Positions 27,589 to 39,907 of a DNA stretch of 64,000 nucleotides are shown here, piece after piece. Within the stretch, counting starts at the first letter, position 1; each line of letters opens with the position of its first letter. Made by a program: the position numbers and the translations under genes. The notes beneath the pieces are model-generated. The model made no database searches and was not told the origin of the DNA. It saw nothing but the letters and a program-made list of their open reading frames with translations. Origin of the DNA: Octopus bimaculoides (Eukaryota); contig NC_068983.1 of NCBI RefSeq assembly GCF_001194135.2, positions 144,460,518 to 144,524,517 on the forward strand, written 5' to 3'.

Positions 27589-29136
27589 TATAATTGTAAA
27601 CAAATGTATATGAATACACATGTGCGCGTATGTGCGTTTGTGTGTTCTAGCGTGGAATAATGATGACAACTTTGTGTTTTTCTAGCCCGAAGTCTGATGT
27701 TATATTTTACTGACCGCCCTAGATACGTTTTGGAAGGCCTACCTGCTTCCCGCTTGCCTTCACTACAAGACACGACTATAAAATAATTAGGTAGCAACTT
27801 GAAAAATAGGATTGTTTGACCCCTTTCCTCCAAGATTCGTCCACACATTCCATTGTTCTTGTTTACAATGTCACTTATTTATCATGATAATTGATGTAGA
27901 GATCATCTCCCTGGTTTTAGTTTGCCTAATTATACATGTTTAAAATCTTACTGGAGGATAGTGGATCTATGGTATGATGGAATCTATGTATGCGTCAATA
28001 AAATGCTACCGAAACAGCAAATTTAAGATCCCATATATGTGCTTTTATATAAATATGTGAATATGTGTGTATGTGTATATATATATATATATNNNNNNNN
28101 NNNNNNNNNNNNNNNNNNNNNNNNNNNNNNNNNNNNNNNNNNNNNNNNNNNNNNNNNNNNNNNNNNNNNNNNNNNNNNNNNNNNNNNNNNNNNNNNNNNN
28201 NNNNNNNNNNNNNNNNNNNNNNNNNNNNNNNNNNNNNNNNNNNNNNNNNNNNNNNNNNNNNNNNNNNNNNNNNNNNNNNNNNNNNNNNNNNNNNNNNNNN
28301 NNNNNNNNNNNNNNNNNNNNNNNNNNNNNNNNNNNNNNNNNNNNNNNNNNNNNNNNNNNNNNNNNNNNNNNNNNNNNNNNNNNNNNNNNNNNNNNNNNNN
28401 NNNNNNNNNNNNNNNNNNNNNNNNNNNNNNNNNNNNNNNNNNNNNNNNNNNNNNNNNNNNNNNNNNNNNNNNNNNNNNNNNNNNNNNNNNNNNNNNNNNN
28501 NNNTGTATATATATATATATATACATATATACATACACACATATATATATACATACACACACATATATATATATACATACACACACATATAACTGTATAT
28601 GTCTTTCCATATGTAATGTATATATATATAAGGTGGATGGGGTGGGGTAGAGGATGTAAGCATGTATGTAAGAGCATGTATATGTATGTGCAATCATAAT
28701 CTCTAAAACAATACCCCGTGAAGAGATAATGGATGCAATTATGTGAATCATAAAGGGCAAATATTTCACAATACTCTTGCTGAAACATATGTATTATTCA
28801 ATATTTTTTATTGCCAAAAGGTTTTCGAGAAGCTTATTGATTACTGCATAAAACCAATTGATATAGAAACAATGGAATTATCAATACAGTTCGTTAATTC
28901 TATCGATATTGAACATGCAGCTTCGGGTATCCAAGTTTTCATTGCACTTTATACTAAATTTGCGTTTCCTTACAAATGGATTTGTACTCCCTGAATATTC
29001 ATAACATCGGTGTATCTCCATTAAATTATGGTAGTTACTTGCAGTTGGAATATTGAACTTATTTGAAGAAATGCATTTGATGCAATGTATTCTTGTTGAG
29101 TCAGTGAATTGACAGACTGGTTATAGTGATTTGCAG

Positions 29137-29436
29137 TATTTCTTCTGGTTCCATTGTGAATTCAAATTCTCTTGTGGCCAGGTTGCTTTTAATTTGTTCG
29201 GGATCGATACTATAACGCATGATAGCAGTACGGGCGCAAATTGTGAAAATATTATAGTTCTTGGCGGCATTGTTGCCGCGTTTTATCACAGTAAGATTGA
29301 TTTGCAGACATATCTTGCAAAGAACAATCAATGGTCGGTCGTGGCTGTATTATTCTTGTTTGATTGAAATTCATCTCTAATAGAGGTGAATCATCGTAGT
29401 GTTGTGGCTTACTTACTTCCGTCTCACAGCTCATAC
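29137..29436. other. GC-raised unique island with exon-like signals on both strands (unresolved)
   Basis: Plus strand: ttgcag|YFFWFHCEFKFSCGQVAFNLFGIDTITHDSSTGANCENIIVLGGIVAAFYH|gtaaga (29137-29290). Minus strand: ttcatttacatag|(G)MSCETEVSKPQHYDDSPLLEMNF...CRQEL* (29436-29252), with an internal GTAAGT donor. Confidence 0.25.
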
Positions 29437-30720
29437 CTATGTAAATGAATACTTAGTTGATTGAAAACGGTTCAGAAACCTATGCGAGAAAGTTTTGAGA
29501 AGTGAGATCTCAGCAGCTAAACGAATATATAAGCGTTGAATTTGGTCATGTACTTCAAATAATCGTGTTTTAAAAACAATATTTCAATATCTAATTCTGT
29601 GAAATCGCTTTCGATTGCATTAATTTCGTCAGTTATTTAATATTTTACACGTAACAGCGTCGAAATCTGTTGAAGTATGAAAAAAAAAAGAGTGAATGTA
29701 ACTTGTCTAAATCTAAGAAAAGACACAGTTGCAACTATAATACTATAAATAAGAAACTGAACTATGAAAGTATTCCTGAGATCAAAACTGAAACCGAAAG
29801 TAAAAAAATTAAAAACGCATTTACTAAATTTAGATATGAAGTGAGTTGCTTTAAAATAAATACTTTATAGGTGGTTTTAAAATATTCTCCAGCTTGAGAC
29901 GAAATGGAATTGCGAATAATGAACAGAAATTCCGAAAGGAAAATACAGTAAATCATTTTGTATTAAAATCCGATATAGCTTGTAGTTTCAAAGAGGAATT
30001 CTTTAATCAGCAAGGTAAACAGTAAAAGTAGATGTATGTAATTCTTTATGATGTAATTCTCTAACAAAAATACATCGAATAAAAACGTTTTAGCAAATAA
30101 TATTTTTTAACAACTAATATCTACTCTATATCATTAAAATTTCACTATGAGCTTATGTGGTGTAACGCCAGTAGGGCTACAATCCAGTGATATAACTAAT
30201 AAAAAAAACCAAAATGTACAAAATCCTGTTTCAAGCTTAAGGCAAAAAAAAAAAGTATACCTACTGCTCTCATCAGCAACGATACTCCATAGCTTGACAC
30301 AGGATCTTGTACACGGGTAATCAAAAGTTTAATTCATTATATTTCTTTTGCCCGACTTCAACCCGTGCTTTATTTTTTGCTGTTTTGGGAGGGACCCTTG
30401 AATTTCATCGTCCTCGTACGTGTTTGCTACTTCACGGGTAATGCTGTTTCCTACATATGTACATGCATAAATGTAATTCCTTTCCCAGATAAATTCCACT
30501 TCATATTCGAGGCTCCGACGAATCTATAAGCATCCAACTATGAATCAACTTGCGACTCATAGCAGAAACAGTTGCAAGCTTGTCAAGTTCATAAGATAAT
30601 CGTTTATTCCTTTGTCATCTCATTTTCTTATAACCGCCCTGTACCCAACTAAAGCTTCGTATAAAGCTTTTGTATATTGTGTTCTACACTAGGTTATTTG
30701 TCACGCAATGTCCAAACGAA

Positions 30721-30762
<42 letters not shown>

Positions 30763-31005
30763 ATGTATGTNNNNNNNNNNNNNNNNNNNNNNNNNNNNNN
30801 NNNNNNNNNNNNNNNNNNNNNNNNNNNNNNNNNNNNNNNNNNNNNNNNNNNNNNNNNNNNNNNNNNNNNNNNNNNNNNNNNNNNNNNNNNNNNNNNNNNN
30901 NNNNNNNNNNNNNNNNNNNNNNNNNNNNNNNNNNNNNNNNNNNNNNNNNNNNNNNNNNNNNNNNNNNNNNNNNNNNNNNNNNNNNNNNNNNNNNNNNNNN
31001 NNNNN

Positions 31006-31046
<41 letters not shown>

Positions 31047-32061
31047 GTATGTATTTACACGTGCGTGTCTATATGTGTGTGTGTGTTGAAACATACAGAT
31101 AAGCATATAACTATTATATTTGTACGCATGTGCAGAGTGGAGGATGAGCATGAAGCGATTTGCACTAAGCAAATAAAAATATTAATGTCCAAACGCTATG
31201 TAATTGTATGTTAATAGTTGTACAATTATGAGAGTAAACTATGATAGCGTACATACACACACGCACACACAATCATGTATGTGTATGTGTGCGTGAGAAA
31301 AAATTACCTAAATAAACGAATAAATAAAAAATCCATTACGCAACATAATAGAATAGATAAAACAGATTTCGCAATATGTGAATCTACTCATATAGAAAAC
31401 CATATACTATATGCAATATATTAACCTATCCAGAGAGAAAATCACACAGATTGCGTAATATTTTAGGTGATTCAGAGAGAAATTCATGTAGCATACACAA
31501 TATATTGATCTATTCAAACTAAAAATCACTGGTTAGTTTAATGTCCTTAGCATTTTATGCCTGTGACAAAATGCAAAAGAAGGTGCCTGATAAATAATTG
31601 AAAATTTTTTTAAGTATGGAAAAATGTTTCAGGATATAGACTGTTGAGTGTATGGAAAATAATTNNNNNNNNNNNNNNNNNNNNNNNNNNNNNNNNNNNN
31701 NNNNNNNNNNNNNNNNNNNNNNNNNNNNNNNNNNNNNNNNNNNNNNNNNNNNNNNNNNNNNNNNNNNNNNNNNNNNNNNNNNNNNNNNNNNNNNNNNNNN
31801 NNNNNNNNNNNNNNNNNNNNNNNNNNNNNNNNNNNNNNNNNNNNNNNNGCAACAAACCAAACTTAGATTATTAAATTGATTTCCATTTGTTAATGAATAT
31901 TCTCGCATGTATATTATCACGCTATTTTCCATTTCCAACCTTTTGAAAGTGGGAACTCAGATTAACGATTCACAAAACTTCAATTTCCCATATACTATAC
32001 GAATATATTTTATATATTAAAAACTTTTCTCTTGTCATTTTTAAACAGAAGTATTCACCAC

Positions 32062-32108
<47 letters not shown>

Positions 32109-32960
32109 GTCTATCGATCTATTTGTGTGTTCCCGCGTATTCCCCAGACATGTGAACATACACACACTCTCTCTCACACGCTTATGCGCGCATACATGCA
32201 CACACACACCCACACACACACACAAGCACGTATGTTGCTGCAGTATGACTGTGTATAAGATGTTCACTTTGTGATAATGAAGCCATGGTTTCCATTCTGC
32301 TGCGTGGCATTTTAGACAGGTTGATCTATCTATAATCCCATGTAGACCTGGTGATTGAAATTAGGCAGACGGAAACTGTATGGAAGCAGGTGTGATAGAT
32401 TGTAACTCTAATTCAAAAATCCATCCCTGTCAAACAGTACGACACTGAGTCCGCCAGACAAATAAATTAAGCTGTACGAGTCGGAGGAATACTCGTCCAT
32501 ATGCACTTTGAATCTGGTTGTTCATGTTACTGAAAATCTAGTTTTCATGTTCGAAAATTCTGACCTAGCCCATGTATATATAATCCCGCGCACAGCCACA
32601 TCCACAAATACATAACTCAAATTGAAAAGCTAAATAACTTCATCGCAACTTAAGTTTCTTGTTACAGTAATCATCAAGCGAGAACTGTTTGCTCTTCTTT
32701 TTTTTACGGAACCAGTATATCTGCTCTTTAATAATATCAATGCAATCTTATATTTCTGTTTATGATTCTTGACTCGATTGGTGAAGCTTTACTCTTTTTC
32801 TCTTCGGTTGTTTTAATTATTGAGTTTTCATTAGCTGGTTTCAAATTATATTTTATTATATTTTGTTATAGTCGATTTGCTTGGATTATTTTATTTATAT
32901 AATTCGCTTCGTCATGCGAATCATTTTTCTTATGCGTATGATATATTTGGTTTTATCCTC

Positions 32961-33006
<46 letters not shown>

Positions 33007-33537
33007 NNNNNNNNNNNNNNNNNNNNNNNNNNNNNNNNNNNNNNNNNNNNNNNNNNNNNNNNNNNNNNNNNNNNNNNNNNNNNNNNNNNNNNNNNNNNNN
33101 NNNNNNNNNNNNNNNNNNNNNNNNNNNNNNNNNNNNNNNNNNNNNNNNNNNNNNNNNNNNNNNNNNNNNNNNNNNNNNNNNNNNNNNNNNNNNNNNNNNN
33201 NNNNNNNNNNNNNNNNNNNNNNNNNNNNNNNNNNNNNNNNNNNNNNNNNNNNNNNNNNNNNNNNNNNNNNNNNNNNNNNNNNNNNNNNNNNNNNNNNNNN
33301 NNNNNNNNNNNNNNNNNNNNNNNNNNNNNNNNNNNNNNNNNNNNNNNNNNNNNNNNNNNNNNNNNNNNNNNNNNNNNNNNNNNNNNNNNNNNNNNNNNNN
33401 NNNNNNNNNNNNNNNNNNNNNNNNNNNNNNNNNNNNNNNNNNNNNNNNNNNNNNNNNNNNNNNNNNNNNNNNNNNNNNNNNNNNNNNNNNNNNNNNNNNN
33501 NNNNNNNNNNNNNNNNNNNNNNNNNNNNNNNNNNNNN

Positions 33538-33592
<55 letters not shown>

Positions 33593-33765
33593 TCTATGAA
33601 TATGCATTCCGCACAAATGCATTTCAGATGTATACAGGAGATTATATCGATATTTTTCTATTAATATTTAATCCCTCTATTTTTATATCAAATGATTAAA
33701 ATGAAATCTATACAGCACACATCTGTTTTACTATACATTTGTACTATAACGTATCTAACTATCTG

Positions 33766-33834
<69 letters not shown>

Positions 33835-34074
33835 TTATGTTTATACACACACACATATACNNNNNNNNNNNNNNNNNNNNNNNNNNNNNNNNNNNNNNNN
33901 NNNNNNNNNNNNNNNNNNNNNNNNNNNNNNNNNNNNNNNNNNNNNNNNNNNNNNNNNNNNNNNNNNNNNNNNNNNNNNNNNNNNNNNNNNNNNNNNNNNN
34001 NNNNNNNNNNNNNNNNNNNNNNNNNNNNNNNNNNNNNNNNNNNNNNNNNNNTATATATATATATATATATATTT

Positions 34075-34310
34075 AAGAATGTATAAAAATTTATACACGG
34101 AGAGAAGACCACCATGTGGACATCTTACATGCTAAACAGGACAAACAAATCCTAAACTGCGAAAAATTATTATTATTAAAGGTACATTGCTTGTAAGCGA
34201 GCAGGACACTTGAATGAATAAAAATCTCAGTTAACCCTATACCCATGAATTTCACCATTAATGATCAAATAAATCAATTTGTTAGCCAATGAATTGATTA
34301 ATTAACCATC
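34075..34310 (+). repeat. Partial second copy of the 34565-35008 fold-back element
   Basis: gtataaaaatttatacacggagagaagaccaccatgtggac...atgatcaaataaatcaat...attaattaaccat is a diverged direct repeat of 34618-34852. Confidence 0.85.
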
Positions 34311-34564
34311 TGTGGCTCGTCAGTAGAATCGCTGGAACATATATAATTATGAAACTATATACGTACCGAAAACACAGAGTAATCACATGCGCATTTAGTT
34401 CCATCTTTATACGTCAAGAATTCAAATCGAATATCCTCAAGCAGTGTGCCGAGTCAGAATAGTACAGCAGTGAATAAATTCAACCGTGTATTAGCTGGTC
34501 GAAGAGCTGAAATATTTAACTATATGAATATAAGGGTAAAAATTATCAAGATAATAATCTATAC

Positions 34565-35008
34565 CAGTGGAGAGCATGTATAATAAAAGTCAGAAGACAT
34601 GAATATTTTGATAATATAAGAGTGTATAAAAAATTATACACGAAGAGAAGACCACCATGTGGACTTATTACATGCTAAACGGGAGAGTAAAATCCCAAAC
34701 CACGAAAAAAAATTCTTATTAGTGTCACATTGCTTGCATTCGAGCAGGAAAGTTGAATGAATAAAAATCCTAGTTAGCTCTCTACCCATGAGTTTCATCA
34801 TTCATGATCAAATAAATCAATTAATTAACCAATCAATTTATTAATTAACCATATGAAGAATGTTTTCTCGTGGTTTAGGATTTGTGTGTCCTTTTTAGCT
34901 TGTAAGAAGTCCACATTGTGGCCTTCTCTCCGTGCATAAATTTTTATACACTCTTATATTATAAAAATATTCATGTCTTCTGACTTTTATTACACGTGCT
35001 AACAACTG
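34565..35008. mobile_element. Fold-back MITE, ~150-bp imperfect TIRs with CAGT...ACTG ends
   Basis: 34565-34715 mirrors 34855-35008 (taataaaagtcagaagacatgaatatttt.ataatataagagtgtataaaaa...). CAGT termini as in Tc1-like elements; no clean TA TSD. Confidence 0.7.
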
Positions 35009-35032
35009 ATATATATATATATATATATATGT

Positions 35033-35445
35033 AAAGTTAAAGAAGTGATGTCTTAAATTCTCAATCGCAGAATAATGCTAATAATATAGCCTGAACAGGA
35101 TAAACTATCCCTATTTTTGCCGATTAAGCTAAACTACCCACCACAAATTCCTCTGCAAATTAAGGTATATAAATCTCGCTTTACGTTTGTCGTAATTTGT
35201 ATTTAACATATGAGAGCGTCTCATAAAGCGAGATTTATATACCTTAATTTGCAGAGGAATTTGAGGTGGGTAGTTTAGCTTAATCGGTAAAAGCATCGTC
35301 ACATGTAATGACGGGGATGTGAGTTCGAATCCACAGCTAATCACCTACACTTTTCTCTGCAAAATAGGGATAGTTTATCCTGTTCAGGCTATATTATTAG
35401 CATTATTCTGCGATTGAGATTTTAAAACATCACTTCTTTAACTTT
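35033..35445. repeat. Nested inverted duplication (35033-35120 / 35359-35445 and 35120-35183 / 35224-35287)
   Basis: Outer arms about 87 bp with 3 differences; inner arms 64 bp with 1 difference; the left arm lacks 35288-35358. Confidence 0.95.
35269..35342 (+). tRNA. Divergent tRNA-Thr(UGU)-like sequence (pseudogene or SINE head)
   Basis: D arm GCTT-AATCGGTAA-AAGC, anticodon arm CGTCA-CATGTAA-TGACG, T arm GTGAG-TTCGAAT-C(-)CAC, acceptor GGTAGTT/AGCTAAT with one mismatch. TATA-like tttatata at about -35 and TTTT at 35351. Defects: A instead of U33 and one base missing in the T stem. Confidence 0.6.
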
Positions 35446-35531
35446 CTATAAAAAGACATCTTAACGCTTCTAAAAGCAAACGTCGCTTGTTTATTTACGT
35501 TTGTCGTAATTTGTATTTTATATATATATAT

Positions 35532-35700
35532 CGCCATGATTGACCGCTAGCCACTAAAGCTTTGTTTTTGTTCTCTGTTTATGTTCTCGTGTTCCTTTCC
35601 GTTGAAGAGCGTAGGCTCGAAACATAAAAGACTTTCTCACCTTCCCGAGCGTTAAACTAATAAACATGTTTGTTTTTTAAGCACCTGGCTTTTTTTATCT
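35532..35700 (+). mobile_element. Penelope-like terminal repeat (family C) with hammerhead-like motif at 35594-35631
   Basis: ccttt-CCGTTGA-a-gagc gtag gctc-GAAAC-ATA|aaaga ctttctcac...cccgagcgttaaactaat. Confidence 0.6.
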
Positions 35701-35779
35701 TTTTATTCCAACAAAATATATATTTGTGAATATCCACCAATGTGGTGTTGAGCACTTATTTCTATCGTTCGACATTTAC

Positions 35780-35822
<43 letters not shown>

Positions 35823-35843
35823 CACACATACACACACACAAAC

Positions 35844-35918
<75 letters not shown>

Positions 35919-36519
35919 TCTCTTGGTTTTCTACCTTTTCTTTCCTTTCTTTTTGTCTTCTCGTTCCACATTTTGCATCAACCTTCACGTTCTGTCTCAA
36001 GTTTTCTCATGTACCGGTGTGGTGTTTTTCAAATAGGACTACCCATGTGCGCTGAACCCGCAATATTTCTCGTACGAAGAGAGACATATGCAAGTTTGTA
36101 TAGAAAGAGTTAAAACATGAAAAGTCATAAAATTTATAGCGTCATGTGCTATACTTATTAGAATTCGATATCATCTAAGCCTTTCACAGCTGTAGTGTAA
36201 ATGCAACATTGTCACGAAAATTTTGACAGACCATGAATTAAATGAACGATGAACATAACAGCAGATTTATGCAAATTTCTGTGACCTAAATGACTTTTCC
36301 GCGGTGTAATTATTGTAGCCTCAACGCAAGTCCTTGATCAAATTACTAGTTATATAAATGCAGCTTCGACATTAATACGAAAGATAAATACATGCGGATA
36401 TAGATATGCATACATGCACACATGCACGCATCCACACAACATACACATTTATACAATCTTGCATGCATGTATGTATGCATGCATGTGTATATATATATGT
36501 ATAGATATGTATATATATG

Positions 36520-36569
<50 letters not shown>

Positions 36570-36750
36570 CATAATGCGTAAGGAGAAATACAGAGATTGA
36601 TATATACACGCATACGTATATGCATATGTACATATATGTATATATCTTTATCAATCAATCAATCTATTTATATATCTGTCTCACTCTCTCTCTCTCTCTG
36701 TATCTCTCTCTCTCTGTATCTCTCTCTCTGTGTATCTCTCTCTCTCTGTA

Positions 36751-36862
<112 letters not shown>

Positions 36863-38314
36863 NNNNNNNNNNNNNNNNNNNNNNNNNNNNNNNNNNNNNN
36901 NNNNNNNNNNNNNNNNNNNNNNNNNNNNNNNNNNNNNNNNNNNNNNNNNNNNNNNNNNNNNNNNNNNNNNNNNNNNNNNNNNNNNNNNNNNNNNNNNNNN
37001 NNNNNNNNNNNNNNNNNNNNNNNNNNNNNNNNNNNNNNNNNNNNNNNNNNNNNNNNNNNNNNNNNNNNNNNNNNNNNNNNNNNNNNNNNNNNNNNNNNNN
37101 NNNNNNNNNNNNNNNNNNNNNNNNNNNNNNNNNNNNNNNNNNNNNNNNNNNNNNNNNNNNNNNNNNNNNNNNNNNNNNNNNNNNNNNNNNNNNNNNNNNN
37201 NNNNNNNNNNNNNNNNNNNNNNNNNNNNNNNNNNNNNNNNNNNNNNNNNNNNNNNNNNNNNNNNNNNNNNNNNNNNNNNNNNNNNNNNNNNNNNNNNNNN
37301 NNNNNNNNNNNNNNNNNNNNNNNNNNNNNNNNNNNNNNNNNNNNNNNNNNNNNNNNNNNNNNNNNNNNNNNNNNNNNNNNNNNNNNNNNNNNNNNNNNNN
37401 NNNNNNNNNNNNNNNNNNNNNNNNNNNNNNNNNNNNNNNNNNNNNNNNNNNNNNNNNNNNNNNNNNNNNNNNNNNNNNNNNNNNNNNNNNNNNNNNNNNN
37501 NNNNNNNNNNNNNNNNNNNNNNNNNNNNNNNNNNNNNNNNNNNNNNNNNNNNNNNNNNNNNNNNNNNNNNNNNNNNNNNNNNNNNNNNNNNNNNNNNNNN
37601 NNNNNNNNNNNNNNNNNNNNNNNNNNNNNNNNNNNNNNNNNNNNNNNNNNNNNNNNNNNNNNNNNNNNNNNNNNNNNNNNNNNNNNNNNNNNNNNNNNNN
37701 NNNNNNNNNNNNNNNNNNNNNNNNNNNNNNNNNNNNNNNNNNNNNNNNNNNNNNNNNNNNNNNNNNNNNNNNNNNNNNNNNNNNNNNNNNNNNNNNNNNN
37801 NNNNNNNNNNNNNNNNNNNNNNNNNNNNNNNNNNNNNNNNNNNNNNNNNNNNNNNNNNTACCACCCCCTCTCTCCCCTCTCCTCCCCCACCTCCCTCTCC
37901 TGCTCCGACTCCTACTTCTCTTCATTCCTACTTCTCTTCACTCCTACTTCTCTTCATTTCTACTTCTCTTCACTCCCACTTGTCTTCACCCCTACTCTTT
38001 CTCTCCTCTCACTTACTCTCTCTCACTCTCTTCTCTCTTCCTCTCTCCCTCACTCTCTTCTCTCTTACTCTCTCTCTCTCTCTCTCTCACTCTCTTCTCT
38101 CTTTCCCTCTTTCTCACTCTCACTCTCTTCTCTCTCACTCTCTTTCTCTTCCTCTCTTTCTCCCCTCCCATACCCACCTTCCCCCTCTCTTACATCCACC
38201 TCCACCTTCCCCTTCCCCTTCATCGTCAACCCCCCTCATAAGCTCATCCCACCCCACCCCAACACGCTCCTACTCTACCCCTTTTCTTAGCTCTCCTGTG
38301 TAAAATTTCTAACT

Positions 38315-38528
38315 TCCGGTCAGCCATAGCTATGATTGACCGTTGACCGAACACTATTCAATTTTTTTTCTCCATGTTTTTCTCCTTGTTTTCTCCGTAT
38401 TCTCTCTGTTGAAGAGCGTAGCTCGAAACGTTAAAGACTTTCCGTATTCCCGAGCGTCATACTAATACATCCTTTTGTTGTTTACACCACCTGTCCTCGT
38501 CTGTTGTTGTTTTTTCGTACATTCTCCC
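38315..38528 (+). mobile_element. Penelope-like terminal repeat (family C) with hammerhead-like motif at 38401-38437
   Basis: tctct-CTGTTGA-a-gagc gta gctc-GAAAC-GTT|aaaga; close to the 51935-52128 copy over about 190 bp. Confidence 0.65.
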
Positions 38529-39856
38529 ATATATATATATATATACATATATAGATATATGTGTGTGTATATGTATATGTATGTAAGTATATCTCTGTAA
38601 GTGTGAATGTATGTATGTATTTATATATATGAGTGTATCTATAAATACAAGTGTGTATGCATATAAGTACAGACACAAACACAAACTTATGCGCCCACTC
38701 ACACACACATTCATACATATGTCTGTAGGTCTATCAGCTTGCTCAGCATAGATGTATCATTGGGAAGCTAAAACAATGCAAAGAAACGCGTTGCGACCAG
38801 TGGTGTGTAGTGACAACCGATAGTCTGATCGATAGTGATACAGCGATATATACATACATACATTCCTGCATACACATGCAGACACACCACCCGCACATTC
38901 ACACATAGACACATACACGTGCACCCCCCCCCCCACACACACACACGCATATACGAATATGGCGGTGCTGTATGGGAACTTTGTCTATATGGTATTTTGT
39001 CCGTACAAAATTGCGAATAGTCAGTATTAAGAAATTTAAACGAAGCAAATTATATATAAATTTAGCTTATTACACGAAAATATTTTCGACTTGAATGAGT
39101 TCTTTTGAGTGTCTTTTACCGTTAACATTGTAAAAAAAAATGTCTCTCAAATAACATGCTTTCATTATAATGATAAGTTGTATCAGTTTGCAAGAAGTCT
39201 GAACGTAAGTCACTTCCTTTCTTTCACTTTAAGATAAGACGAAATGAACTCATCTTAACTTTTATTCAAATATCCTAAATAAGAATGTTATTGGAAAATT
39301 TTAACGATAAATATTTTTAATTTAATTTACATCAACCGCAAAACAGTTTCTTCTTTGTTCGTAAACATCACTTCTAAACCTTTTCTGCCGCAAATTTAAT
39401 CTATTAGCCTTCATATAATCCCATCTTCTCTTTAACCTCTTTCTTTCTTTCCTTTATTTCTTTGTTCTTCTTTCACTCTTCATCCTATTGCCAACGATCT
39501 TTTGAACTATCCTTATAAGAGAACTGTTAAAATTTTTCGTTATAATGAAACCTTTCATCCTGAACTCACTTCTAATCTCTGTTCTGTATTGTTATCTTCA
39601 GAAACTGTTTCTTCTTTCTCTCTTGCATATTGTATTCCTATTTTCGTAAACTCTTTCTCTCTTTTTCTACCATATCTCTACCCTCGTACGTACTTTTTTT
39701 GCTTTTTTTTTTTTCGGCGATTTCTCATATCATCATACCTTCTGTCTAATTTAATCTTCACTTCATAATGTTTCCTTTCGGAAACGGTTTCTTCTGTTTC
39801 TGAACATGTTTTGTATTTCTTTCACATAATCAAGCCCATCTCTTTATTACCTGCAG

Positions 39857-39907
39857 TTATTAACTGGACATACTTCGATCCACGATATCAGATGTATCAA
39901 TGTCTCG
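39857..39907 (+). CDS. Candidate 51-nt symmetric internal exon
   Basis: Strong acceptor tctctttattacctgcag| and donor |gtatga. The phase-1 reading INWTYFDPRYQMYQCL(G) aligns by eye without gaps to carboxylesterase-fold/neuroligin W--(Y/F)(N/D)P(K/R)-Q-Y--(I/L)G. The phase-0 reading LLTGHTSIHDIRCINVS is also open. Confidence 0.35.

Noticed and set aside
29101-29250. SIDPEQIKSNL..FEFTMEPEEILQI resembling an aldo-keto reductase C-terminus
   Set aside because: Short, low-identity resemblance with no upstream AKR motifs or splice support
30500-30585. CCGACGA...GAAACAGTT and similar GAAACGCGTT (38782) and TGATGA...GAAAACCGG (20490) hammerhead-like strings
   Set aside because: Stem I or core cannot be formed; too degenerate to call
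39330-39770. Minus-strand K/R-rich frame with RFRSDV..NCFAV (CR1 C-terminus-like)
   Set aside because: Purine-rich low complexity with many stops; at best a very old LINE remnant
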